From Oculatellaceae cyanobacterium bins.114 (GTDB lineage Bacteria > Cyanobacteriota > Cyanobacteriia > Elainellales > Elainellaceae), in NCBI GenBank assembly GCA_033764315.1, contig JANRJA010000090.1:1-25810 (forward strand): a stretch of DNA of 25,810 nucleotides. Reading direction: 5' to 3'. The translations under genes and the position numbers were made by a program. The notes beneath the pieces were generated by a model. That model was not told where the DNA came from. It was given only the letters and a program-made list of their open reading frames with translations, and ran no database searches. This document shows, piece by piece, positions 5,701 through 12,125 of this stretch (positions are counted from its first letter, which is position 1; the number at the start of each line of letters is the position of its first letter).

Positions 5701-7653
5701 ATCCTGTTCCACAACATAATCTGCACCGCGCACCTCAAAGTAGGTGACTCGGCTGGTCTGCAAATGTTCACCCAGCACTCGATTAGCCGTTGCTTGAATG
5801 GCGATCGCGTCTGTCAATGGACGTAGCGCGTCGTTCAGAGTGACGAGGAAAGCATCGCGATCGCCATTGCGCCGAATAATTTCTTCAGCTCGTTTGATCT
5901 CAGAGAGGTCATAAAAATAACAAACTACACCATAGCGACCATCGGATAGGGTAATGCGATGAATTTGCCAATCGTAGGACTGAATTTCTGCAATATCTGC
6001 TCTGGGTTCCACGATCGGCGGCGAGTAGAAGGATTCACCCGTAGCAAGGGTATGGCGAAAGTGATGAATGGCTTCGGTGGCAAAGGGTTCTTGCCAGATG
6101 GTTCGTAGGGCTTCGGCAAGATCGCGCCCAATCAACGACCCAATATTAAAGGCGGCGATCGCGGTTTGGTTTGCCTGCTGGAAACGAAAGTTTGCATCAA
6201 TCATGTAAACCCCAAAGGGGGCTTCCGAAACCAGAGCAGAGAACATTTCCTGATTCTGGCGCAGGGCACTCTCAACCCGAGTTCGTTCCAGCTTTGTCCA
6301 GATGCGGTTTGCCAATTCGCGCATCAAATAAATTTCATCGCTACGCCAGCTGTAAGGGGTTCGATGATAAATACCGAGGGTAAACTTCCACTCGTCATTT
6401 CGGATCAGTGGAACGTTAATAAATGAACCAATTTTAAGGGCTGCAAATCGTTTTGGATCAGCAATGCGTGAGTCGGTTTTGACATCTCGAACAATGATGG
6501 TTTGCCCAAGTTTGGCAGTCTGAAAAAATTCGCCTGTGACAAATTCTGATAGACGATAACTGCTGACTAAACTGGGCACATCTGTTTGATGCCAACTGTG
6601 AGCGATCGTTGCTAGATCGGCACTCTCGTTAACTTCAACGAATGCACAGTTAGAGACGTGAAGATAACGGTTCAACTGTTCGCCAACAATTTGGATGATA
6701 TCTTCGACACAGGTTGCCTCCACCAGATTTTGAGTCAAATTGGAGAGAAATTCGGCACTCAACTCTGCCTGTTTGCGAACCGTCACATCGCTCGCGGCTC
6801 CCAACCACTCAACAATTTCATTTCGGTCGTTTAGGAGCGGAATCGCCCGCGAAAATGTCCAGCCGATCGTGCCATCTAATTGAATCACCTGATGTTCTAG
6901 CTCAAAGGTGCTCTTAGTGCGAATAGCTTGTTCGATCGCAGCCCTGACCCGCGTCCGTTCCTCCACAGGAATGTACTGTTCAAACCAAGTCTGCTTGGGT
7001 TGCTGAATAGTAGCAAGAAAGTTTTTGCCTTCGAGGAGATACATCTCGCGCCAATCTGCGCTCATTTTGTACACGGTGTTTGAGCTAGCAGCAGTAAATA
7101 GGCGGAACTCTGCTTCCGATGCCCGCAGGGCTGCTTCCGTTTGCTGCCGTTCATTTTCAGCGAGCTTTCGATCTGTGATGTCGCGTGAAATGCACAACAG
7201 CCGCTCAACCCGCCCATCAGCACCTAAAATGGGGCTGATTTTGTTATCCCACCATTTGGGTTCGCCATTCATCGTCGGACAATAGCCTTGCAGGGAACAC
7301 ACCTCGCCTGCTGCTGCCTGGGCGATCGCATCCATAGCCGCTTGCTGTTCCTCGTCCTGCCAAAAGTTGACCCAGAAGGTATTGAGTAAGGGCGTAATAT
7401 CCTGAATGCCAAGCAACTCCTGTCCGCCCCGATTCATGAACAGGATACGCCCCTCTAAATCCAACATCTTGATACAGTCCTCGCTGCTATCTAGAATTTG
7501 AAGGGTCTGGATGTCTAGCACTGAGTTGGGGGAGCGATCGGGGTAATCTGCTGCCTTTGCTGTTGTGTGATCAGGGGGTTCAGCAATGTCTTGAGAACTA
7601 TCTTGAGACAACCCTTTAGTTGAGGAAGTCGAGCGGCGAAGAGGGTGCGTCAT
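2731..7653 (-). CDS. Multi-sensor hybrid histidine kinase (multiple PAS and GAF domains, HisKA, HATPase, REC)
   Basis: 1640-aa ORF; H box FLAVLSHELRSPL, N box NLLTNAVKFT, G boxes DTGKGI and GGLGLGL, C-terminal receiver (LLVDDE..SDIGM). Confidence 0.95.
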   Translation of the reverse strand: MTHPLRRSTSSTKGLSQDSSQDIAEPPDHTTAKAADYPDRSPNSVLDIQTLQILDSSEDCIKMLDLEGRILFMNRGGQELLGIQDITPLLNTFWVNFWQDEEQQAAMDAIAQAAAGEVCSLQGYCPTMNGEPKWWDNKISPILGADGRVERLLCISRDITDRKLAENERQQTEAALRASEAEFRLFTAASSNTVYKMSADWREMYLLEGKNFLATIQQPKQTWFEQYIPVEERTRVRAAIEQAIRTKSTFELEHQVIQLDGTIGWTFSRAIPLLNDRNEIVEWLGAASDVTVRKQAELSAEFLSNLTQNLVEATCVEDIIQIVGEQLNRYLHVSNCAFVEVNESADLATIAHSWHQTDVPSLVSSYRLSEFVTGEFFQTAKLGQTIIVRDVKTDSRIADPKRFAALKIGSFINVPLIRNDEWKFTLGIYHRTPYSWRSDEIYLMRELANRIWTKLERTRVESALRQNQEMFSALVSEAPFGVYMIDANFRFQQANQTAIAAFNIGSLIGRDLAEALRTIWQEPFATEAIHHFRHTLATGESFYSPPIVEPRADIAEIQSYDWQIHRITLSDGRYGVVCYFYDLSEIKRAEEIIRRNGDRDAFLVTLNDALRPLTDAIAIQATANRVLGEHLQTSRVTYFEVRGADYVVEQDYVNGVEPSRGSYPIESFGAELLATYRSGRTAISTDVTTDFRLSPDQRSAYAGVQIAAYIGVPLVKQGEFVAGLAVHSASPRKWTSEEIALVEEVAERTWAAVERARAEAARRQSEARLAADLAGMQRLYDLYAMLATGPDLKTALDEILAVACEFTHTERGCVQLVNDDSTRLEMFTWRGYSDDSPFINHFRYEGFKEGCDRARVGRQRFIIEETIGYPGLEGTEAGAVAAAEGIRATQSTPIMNRNGKAIGVLSTQFSQPHRPRDDELRLIDLLAWMADDFIERYWADTALRESEEKYRSLFESIDQGFCLFELLFDANGKPIDYRFLDVNQAFEQQCGLADAAGKTILELAPNFEPQWIDLYAQVAKSGEAIRFEADVPSLNGIFDIYAFPSGAPGQNRVAALFANITERKQTEAAIAADLRDTQLLRELSARLATEENIQALYQEIMAAAIALTHADAGTVQILDETTQDLLLLATQGFDRTMTDQFYRVNASSNTPCGIALRSNIRSFVDFDVPASEDPDGTMRMHVEVGLLSAQSTPLISRSGKPIGMVSTHWRTHYRSSDRELRFLDLLARQAADLIEQRQAEAQRKLLLEQEQAAREEAERANRIKDEFLAVLSHELRSPLNPILGWTRLLQNGKLDPVRQQEALVTIERNAKLQTQLIEDLLDISRIMRGKLSLTVTPVRLPYVISAAVETVRLAAEAKTIQITLDLAPDIALVSGDAARLQQVVWNLLTNAVKFTPNGGQVMVELRQLDSQGSLLGNRLAQIRVIDTGKGINPQFLPHVFEYFRQEDGSTTRKFGGLGLGLAIVRRIVQMHGGDVWAESQGEGQGATFIVQLPTMKQRAVVSEPSQPQSGVGLPLTGIQILLVDDEPDTREFQAFLLEQSGATVTAVASGLEALQALEQSIPDVVVSDIGMAEMDGYMLLQQIRSRPFEQGGRIPAIALTAYAAEIDQQRAIQVGFQRHLTKPVEPETLVKAVSTLLERT

Positions 7654-7666
7654 AGAACCTCCAGCG

Positions 7667-7900
7667 TCACTCTGAAAAGTATTTGACTAGCAAATCTTGA
7701 CCCGATTCGCCCATCTGGTATAGCAAGTGTTCAATCTGCTTCAAGGCAATGGGTAAGGGTTTGGTTCGTCCATTCTCCCAACGGTTGACACTTTGAAACG
7801 AAACCCCTAATTTCGCCGCAAACTTTTCCTGCGAAAGGTTTAGACGCTGCCGGGTTTCTCGTACGAGATTGGCTAACTGAAGCTGGTCGATGACAGGCAT
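7667..7900 (-). CDS. XRE-family HTH transcriptional regulator
   Basis: LSQEKFAAKLGVSFQSVNRWENGRTKP; start placed at ATG 7900; 13 bp upstream of the kinase. Confidence 0.88.
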   Translation of the reverse strand: MPVIDQLQLANLVRETRQRLNLSQEKFAAKLGVSFQSVNRWENGRTKPLPIALKQIEHLLYQMGESGQDLLVKYFSE

Positions 7901-8157
7901 AAGGCACAATAACAGCATTTTGATTAGCTATACCACCTGTTATAGCAATCATCCCTCTCCCTTAGGGCTTAGAGTTTCTACCCAAGGTTGCCCTGCTAGA
8001 ACCATTTTTAGTCAATCAGAAATTGAATTCATGATCGAATCAGCGTGGCGATCGCCTCTAGGCTTAATTTTGTATCGGTCATAAGTCGCCACACTACGTT
8101 GCGCTGTCATCATATAGTGGTGCTGGATCCTCACTTGCAGGTCTGCCAACTTGACCT

Positions 8158-8319
8158 CTAATAGCCACTATCTGCTACACACATTCCCTGGCACTTTATG
8201 CCATTTGTTGCTGTTCTTAAGCAGTGAGGACATAGGATCTTTTCAGTACCTAATTTCGGACGACTCCCGCCTTCATTTGTCTGCACTATTTCTGGTTCAA
8301 CCTGGGGATCGAGGGGCAT
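8158..8319 (-). CDS. Small Cys-rich ORF (53 aa), possibly the C-terminus of a disrupted longer gene
   Basis: Own translation: MPLDPQVEPEIVQTNEGGSRPKLGTEKILCPHCLRTATNGIKCQGMCVADSGY. A protein-like but stop-containing frame lies upstream (8320-8470). Confidence 0.5.
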   Translation of the reverse strand: MPLDPQVEPEIVQTNEGGSRPKLGTEKILCPHCLRTATNGIKCQGMCVADSGY

Positions 8320-8473
8320 AAAAATAACACTTTAAAGCTACCAACTTCTTCATTTTACAGCCCGATATAGAACTGCCATAGCTGCCAAGATTCGTGTTTA
8401 AACCATCCATAAAACGGGGTGATCAATCGCTGGGCAGTTCCTCTCACAAACCCTGCTAAATGCTCTGCTCATC

Positions 8474-8566
8474 TATAGCAGTCCTAAATCATTTGTGAAA
8501 TTAGGAGGTTGTGAGAGTCGCACCCCTCCGGGGTGCGACTCTCACAACCCATTTAGGATTGCTATA
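8474..8566. mobile_element. MITE with TA-flanked terminal inverted repeats and an internal hairpin
   Basis: TATAGCAGTCCTAAAT ... ATTTAGGATTGCTATA; perfect internal stem GGTTGTGAGAGTCGCACCCC/GGGGTGCGACTCTCACAACC; related copy at 25063. Confidence 0.8.
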
Positions 8567-8774
8567 GATAGGTTTTAATTCCTGCTTCCAGATCCTGTAG
8601 TGCAGTTTCCAGACTGGGGTAGCTATCCTTGCCTTCATAAATAGTGCCACCAAGATCGTATGCTCAGACAAAGGCAGGAATCATCTCATGCTGCCCAATT
8701 TCGATCCAGCCAATTTCTCTAACAAAACGTTGGATGATTGGATACTGTTTTTCAAAAGCAGTGAACTTTGACAT
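8562..8774 (-). pseudogene. Small hypothetical protein pseudogene with an internal TGA
   Basis: MSKFTAFEKQYPIIQRFVREIGWIEIGQHEMIPAFV*AYDLGGTIYEGKDSYPSLETALQDLEAGIKTYL*; the final stop is supplied by the MITE end. Confidence 0.65.
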
Positions 8775-8810
8775 TGGTGAAGTTCCCGCAGCGTAAAGGA
8801 AAACTGCTCC

Positions 8811-9146
8811 AACGAAATGACACGTAATCCTTTGCTTAAGCCAGAAAAGCTTGCAACTATTATTGAATAAAGGTTTCAGCCTCTAAGGCAACGAAATGAC
8901 ATGGAAATTCTCCGACGATCAAAGAAAACGCTAAAGCTCTTACAGGACAATAGTTTCGGGTAACTACTAACGAAATGACATTGATGTCTTCGATAGCTCC
9001 ACGAAATGACATTGATGTCTTTGGTTGGGTTTTCTTTAAAGATTGAGTGCTAAAAGACCTCAAAGCCTTACTCTATAGGACTTGGAGGTAAAGGACGGTT
9101 ATGACATTCATGCCTTCGGTTGTGACACTTATTCCTTTGCTCTACA
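8811..9146 (-). mobile_element. Tn7-like (TnsB-type) transposon end
   Basis: Terminal TGTAGAGC at 9146 (minus strand), followed by six same-orientation repeats of consensus AAGRCATNAATGTCAT(TTCGT); TGACA cores at 9123, 9102, 9007, 8976, 8897 and 8818. Confidence 0.65.
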
Positions 9147-9151
9147 TGCAA

Positions 9152-9991
9152 TCACAATTGTGGAGTGAATGAATATTCATGCCAATCACAAACAGGACGA
9201 TAGCCGATTTTTTGGTAGATAGAGTTTGAAGTGGGATTGGCTAAATCAGTAAATAGAAAACAGCTCTCGCACCCCTGCTCCAAAAGCTTCTGGCTTAAGG
9301 CAGCAACCCCTGCCGTTGCATACCCTTTGCGACGATATTCAGGGGGAGTGTAAACGGGGGCAATCCGAGCCGCTGTTGAGGAGAATTGCCGACCGCCAAC
9401 CATTGAAACGGGAACGCCATCCTCCCACAAATAGGTACTCTGACGCTTTAACTCAACCTCTACTCTCCGTTCAATTTCGTCATCGCTAACAATGTCAATT
9501 TCGGCGTTAAATGCAGCAAACCACTTCAATAACAAGGGGCGATCGCTTGGTGTTGCCAGTCTGAGATGCCCCTTAACGGTTGTAACAGGGTTTACCTGGG
9601 TTAACTGATAAATTCTTGACTCAACTCCTGTTTGATAGGATTGCCCGGTGAGGGTGTGCCAAATTTTCACAAATGTTTCAGCCTCAGCCACCAGCCCACT
9701 CACCCCTGATAGCTGCTCGTGTTGTAAGTCTTGAGCAATGAGATTTAAAGCATTCAAATCCTGCACGTTAGACAGCAATAAGCTATTGGGAGGCGTGCGG
9801 ATGGCGATCGCTAAGATCTCGCCACTGGTTTGAACAAGTGCCAGATAGGGCGGTTCAGGATAACGCTCTGGATAATGCAACAGTGTGTGCAAAACACCCA
9901 GCAACGCATTGTGCTCTGCCTCGTATTGCCGCAGATAATTTTGAGTGCATTGCCAAAACTCTTTAACGCTATCAAATTGATGGAATTGCAT
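9152..9991 (-). CDS. GNAT-family N-acetyltransferase
   Basis: C-terminal VYTPPEYRRKGYA..LFTDLANPTSNSIYQKIGY acetyl-CoA binding motif. Confidence 0.92.
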   Translation of the reverse strand: MQFHQFDSVKEFWQCTQNYLRQYEAEHNALLGVLHTLLHYPERYPEPPYLALVQTSGEILAIAIRTPPNSLLLSNVQDLNALNLIAQDLQHEQLSGVSGLVAEAETFVKIWHTLTGQSYQTGVESRIYQLTQVNPVTTVKGHLRLATPSDRPLLLKWFAAFNAEIDIVSDDEIERRVEVELKRQSTYLWEDGVPVSMVGGRQFSSTAARIAPVYTPPEYRRKGYATAGVAALSQKLLEQGCESCFLFTDLANPTSNSIYQKIGYRPVCDWHEYSFTPQL

Positions 9992-10002
9992 CTTCGCTAT
10001 CC

Positions 10003-10560
10003 TCAGTCTTGAATACTCATCACCTCTAAATACTGCGGTGGAACGTCATCCACAAGCCAGACTCCATTATCAGAACAGTAAAATGTGAACCCAGCCTGGT
10101 GCATGTTGGCAGCGGCGATCGCAAAAATCACAGGGCGACCATGCCGCATTCCCACCCTGTGAGCTGTTTCCACATCTTTAGACAAATGCACATGATGCCG
10201 TGACATCTTGAGTAACCCTGATTGCAGAATTGCAGGTACAGATCGTTCACCTGTTCCGTGATACAGCACATTCGGTGGAATTTGTGGTTGTAGTTTTAAA
10301 TCAACCTCAACACTATGTCCTTGATTGGCTCGAATCCGAGTCCTGGTTTCATCGAATGAGAATCGCTGCTTATCATTGTTAGAAACAATTTCTTCTAGCT
10401 CAGCACGAGTGATGGGAAATTGATGGGCGGCACAAGCAGATAATAGATCATCGACATTCACCCAACCCCCGATCGCCAGCGTCAAACCTAACCGTTCTGG
10501 CATGTGTCGGAGATGCTTGCTGAGGTATTTGCTAATTTTGATCTGCTGTGTCTTATCCAT
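10003..10560 (-). CDS. kptA: RNA 2'-phosphotransferase (Tpt1/KptA)
   Basis: SKYLSKHLRH, NDKQRF, IRANQGHS, LYHGT and RHHVHLS motifs; start placed at ATG 10560 after GGAGG. Confidence 0.95.
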   Translation of the reverse strand: MDKTQQIKISKYLSKHLRHMPERLGLTLAIGGWVNVDDLLSACAAHQFPITRAELEEIVSNNDKQRFSFDETRTRIRANQGHSVEVDLKLQPQIPPNVLYHGTGERSVPAILQSGLLKMSRHHVHLSKDVETAHRVGMRHGRPVIFAIAAANMHQAGFTFYCSDNGVWLVDDVPPQYLEVMSIQD

Positions 10561-10728
10561 GACATTCCTCCACTTTAATGCATCTCTTGGGCGCAAGTTT
10601 TAATAGGGTTATGAGATACTACCAATCATCACGCAAAGATCCCTGAATGGCGATCGCTGCCACAACTCCTACTTTCAATCTGTCGCTCATGACGATCAAC
10701 ATCTTTGGGAGCGATCGCAGCTCACCTT

Positions 10729-10805
10729 TGGGGTGACTGACGAGAGTTGAACTCGCTAACACTGGTGTCACAGACCAGCCCCTCCACCACTTCGGGTTCA
10801 GTCAC
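10729..10805 (-). tRNA. trnH: tRNA-His(GUG), CCA encoded, no encoded G-1
   Basis: Acceptor GTGACTG/CAGTCAC with C73 and CCA; anticodon arm CTGGT CTGTGAC ACCAG; T arm GCGAG TTCAACT CTCGT. Confidence 0.88.
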
Positions 10806-10807
10806 AG

Positions 10808-10881
10808 TGGATTCTGGTCGGATTTGAACCGACATCTTTCTGCTTGCAAGGCAGACGCTTTTCCAATTAAGCTACAGACCC
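10808..10881 (-). tRNA. trnA: tRNA-Ala(UGC) with a 1-nt bulge in the acceptor stem
   Basis: GGGTCTG against CAGAATCC (8 nt), G3-U70 and A73; anticodon arm TCTGC CTTGCAA GCAGA. Confidence 0.8.
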
Positions 10882-10927
10882 AAGTTTCGTCATTGGTCAT
10901 TGGTCTTGTTAGTACTGATGACTAAAT

Positions 10928-10972
10928 TGGTAGTCCTGGCAAGATTTGAAACCGTAACCCTCTGTTTGTAAG
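10928..10972 (-). pseudogene. trnV: 3' half of tRNA-Val(UAC)
   Basis: CTTACAA ACAGA GGGTT ACGGT TTCAAAT CTTGC CAGGACT A CCA; the 5' half is absent and the T stem is mismatched. Confidence 0.7.
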
Positions 10973-11016
10973 ATATTTTTGTAAGACATTGGTGGAGTAC
11001 TTGCGTGTGCTGCGCG

Positions 11017-11276
11017 GAAGATGAATTTTCCTAATTTAATGCATCTTCTTGAAGTGAAATAGAAGTGCCAAAGATATGAGTATATGAGAACTCAAAGAGC
11101 TTCAAGAGAGTCCTGTTTTTAGTAAGAGAGTGAGTGCTCATTGGATTACTTCTCCGTGTCTCATCTCATACCACAATCGTAATACAACGTACTACAAGGC
11201 GTCAAGAGAGTACTACACCTTTTTTTGAGGGGGGAAGAGGGCGATCGCTCAACAAATACTGGTATCGTTCTCTCCC
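11017..11276 (-). promoter_or_regulatory. Second copy of the tRNA array promoter/leader, with TGTAGTA boxes and a 36-aa leader ORF (11031-11141)
   Basis: Colinear similarity to about 1057-1315; -35 TTGACG at 11200-11205; boxes at 11169, 11180, 11190 and 11211. Confidence 0.8.
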
Positions 11277-11358
11277 AGCGATTTTGAGGTCAGGGTCAAC
11301 TGGTTGCTATTCTTTCCATTTAGGACTACTCTTTATTTCTTCGCTCTGCAACAGTAAC

Positions 11359-11784
11359 CTACAACAAAGTCTTCTTAAAGACGTAACTGGTCTTGTCAAA
11401 ATTCATTTGCGCTTGATAAAAGCGATGAGCATCTGTCCGTTCTAAGCCTGATGAAAGTGCTATAACTTCACAATTTTCACGACGTGCAACCTCTTCAATA
11501 AACTCAAGTAGCCGACTCCCATAGCCTTTTGAGCGAGCACTGCTTGCAGTAACCAAATCGTAAACCCAAACATAGCGACCATAGGAGAAGTTCGTTAAAA
11601 TTGCGATGCCAGCGAGAGAAACGATAATCCCTGAATCGCGGAGCGCAAAGAGGCGATAACCTTCCTTAACCATGCGGGTCAATAGGCAGAGATACGCTTG
11701 TTTATCTAAATCACTGCGAAGTTCACGCATAACGTGAAAGGCTTCCTGCCATTCTTCCTGGGTTTGAAGTTCTTCAATCTTCAT
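11359..11784 (-). CDS. GNAT-family N-acetyltransferase
   Basis: VYDLVTASSARSKGYGSRLL..AHRFY motif. Confidence 0.92.
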   Translation of the reverse strand: MKIEELQTQEEWQEAFHVMRELRSDLDKQAYLCLLTRMVKEGYRLFALRDSGIIVSLAGIAILTNFSYGRYVWVYDLVTASSARSKGYGSRLLEFIEEVARRENCEVIALSSGLERTDAHRFYQAQMNFDKTSYVFKKTLL

Positions 11785-11848
11785 CTCGTTGTTCTTTATC
11801 GCTATTATCGCGGGCGGAATGTATTTATTTCCAGTAATACCAGGTTAC

Positions 11849-12120
11849 TTATGAATGCAACCGATAAACTTTTGGTGTTGTTCCGGTTAACTGTCGAAAC
11901 TGTTTACTGAGATGACTATGACTGTTAAACCCACACGTTAATGCAATATCTGTAACGGGGCACGTGGCTTTGCCGTTACCACAAGGGTCGCTCTGTTTCA
12001 ACAACTGCTTTGCTCGTTCAATGCGTTGTTGTAGTAAGTATTGATAAGGACTGATTCCCGTTGCTGCTTAAATTGGCGACTGAAATAAAATTCACTCATC
12101 CCTAACAACGAGGCTAGATC
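11849..12120 (-). pseudogene. AraC-family regulator relic (HTH domain only, frameshifted)
   Basis: DLASLLGMSEFYFSRQFKQ / frameshift / TGISPYQYLLQQRIERAKQLLKQSD..VTDIALTCGFNSHSHLSKQFRQLTGTTPKVYR; the N-terminus is missing. Confidence 0.85.
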
Positions 12121-12125
12121 TCGCC

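Noticed and set aside
2864-7285. Many short antisense or alternate-frame ORFs inside the large kinase (likewise in 12126-22828)
   Set aside because: They are shadow ORFs of long, motif-rich genes.
2731-7653. Cyanobacteriochrome photoreceptor
   Set aside because: The GAF domains lack recognisable DxCF/DxxL and CH bilin-binding motifs.
8812-9011. Degenerate CRISPR array suggested by the 79-bp periodicity
   Set aside because: Only about 11-13 bp are conserved, one spacing is 31 bp and no cas genes are present; the terminal TGT fits a transposon end better.
8860-9063. 67-aa ORF
   Set aside because: It lies across the repeat array of the putative transposon end and shows no domain signal.
10889-10905. 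GTCATTG heptamer tandem repeat
   Set aside because: Only about 2.5 units of a common cyanobacterial STRR-type repeat; not informative.
12029-12035. TGTAGTA as a fourth operator
   Set aside because: It is a single copy inside the AraC relic coding sequence (YLLQ codons).
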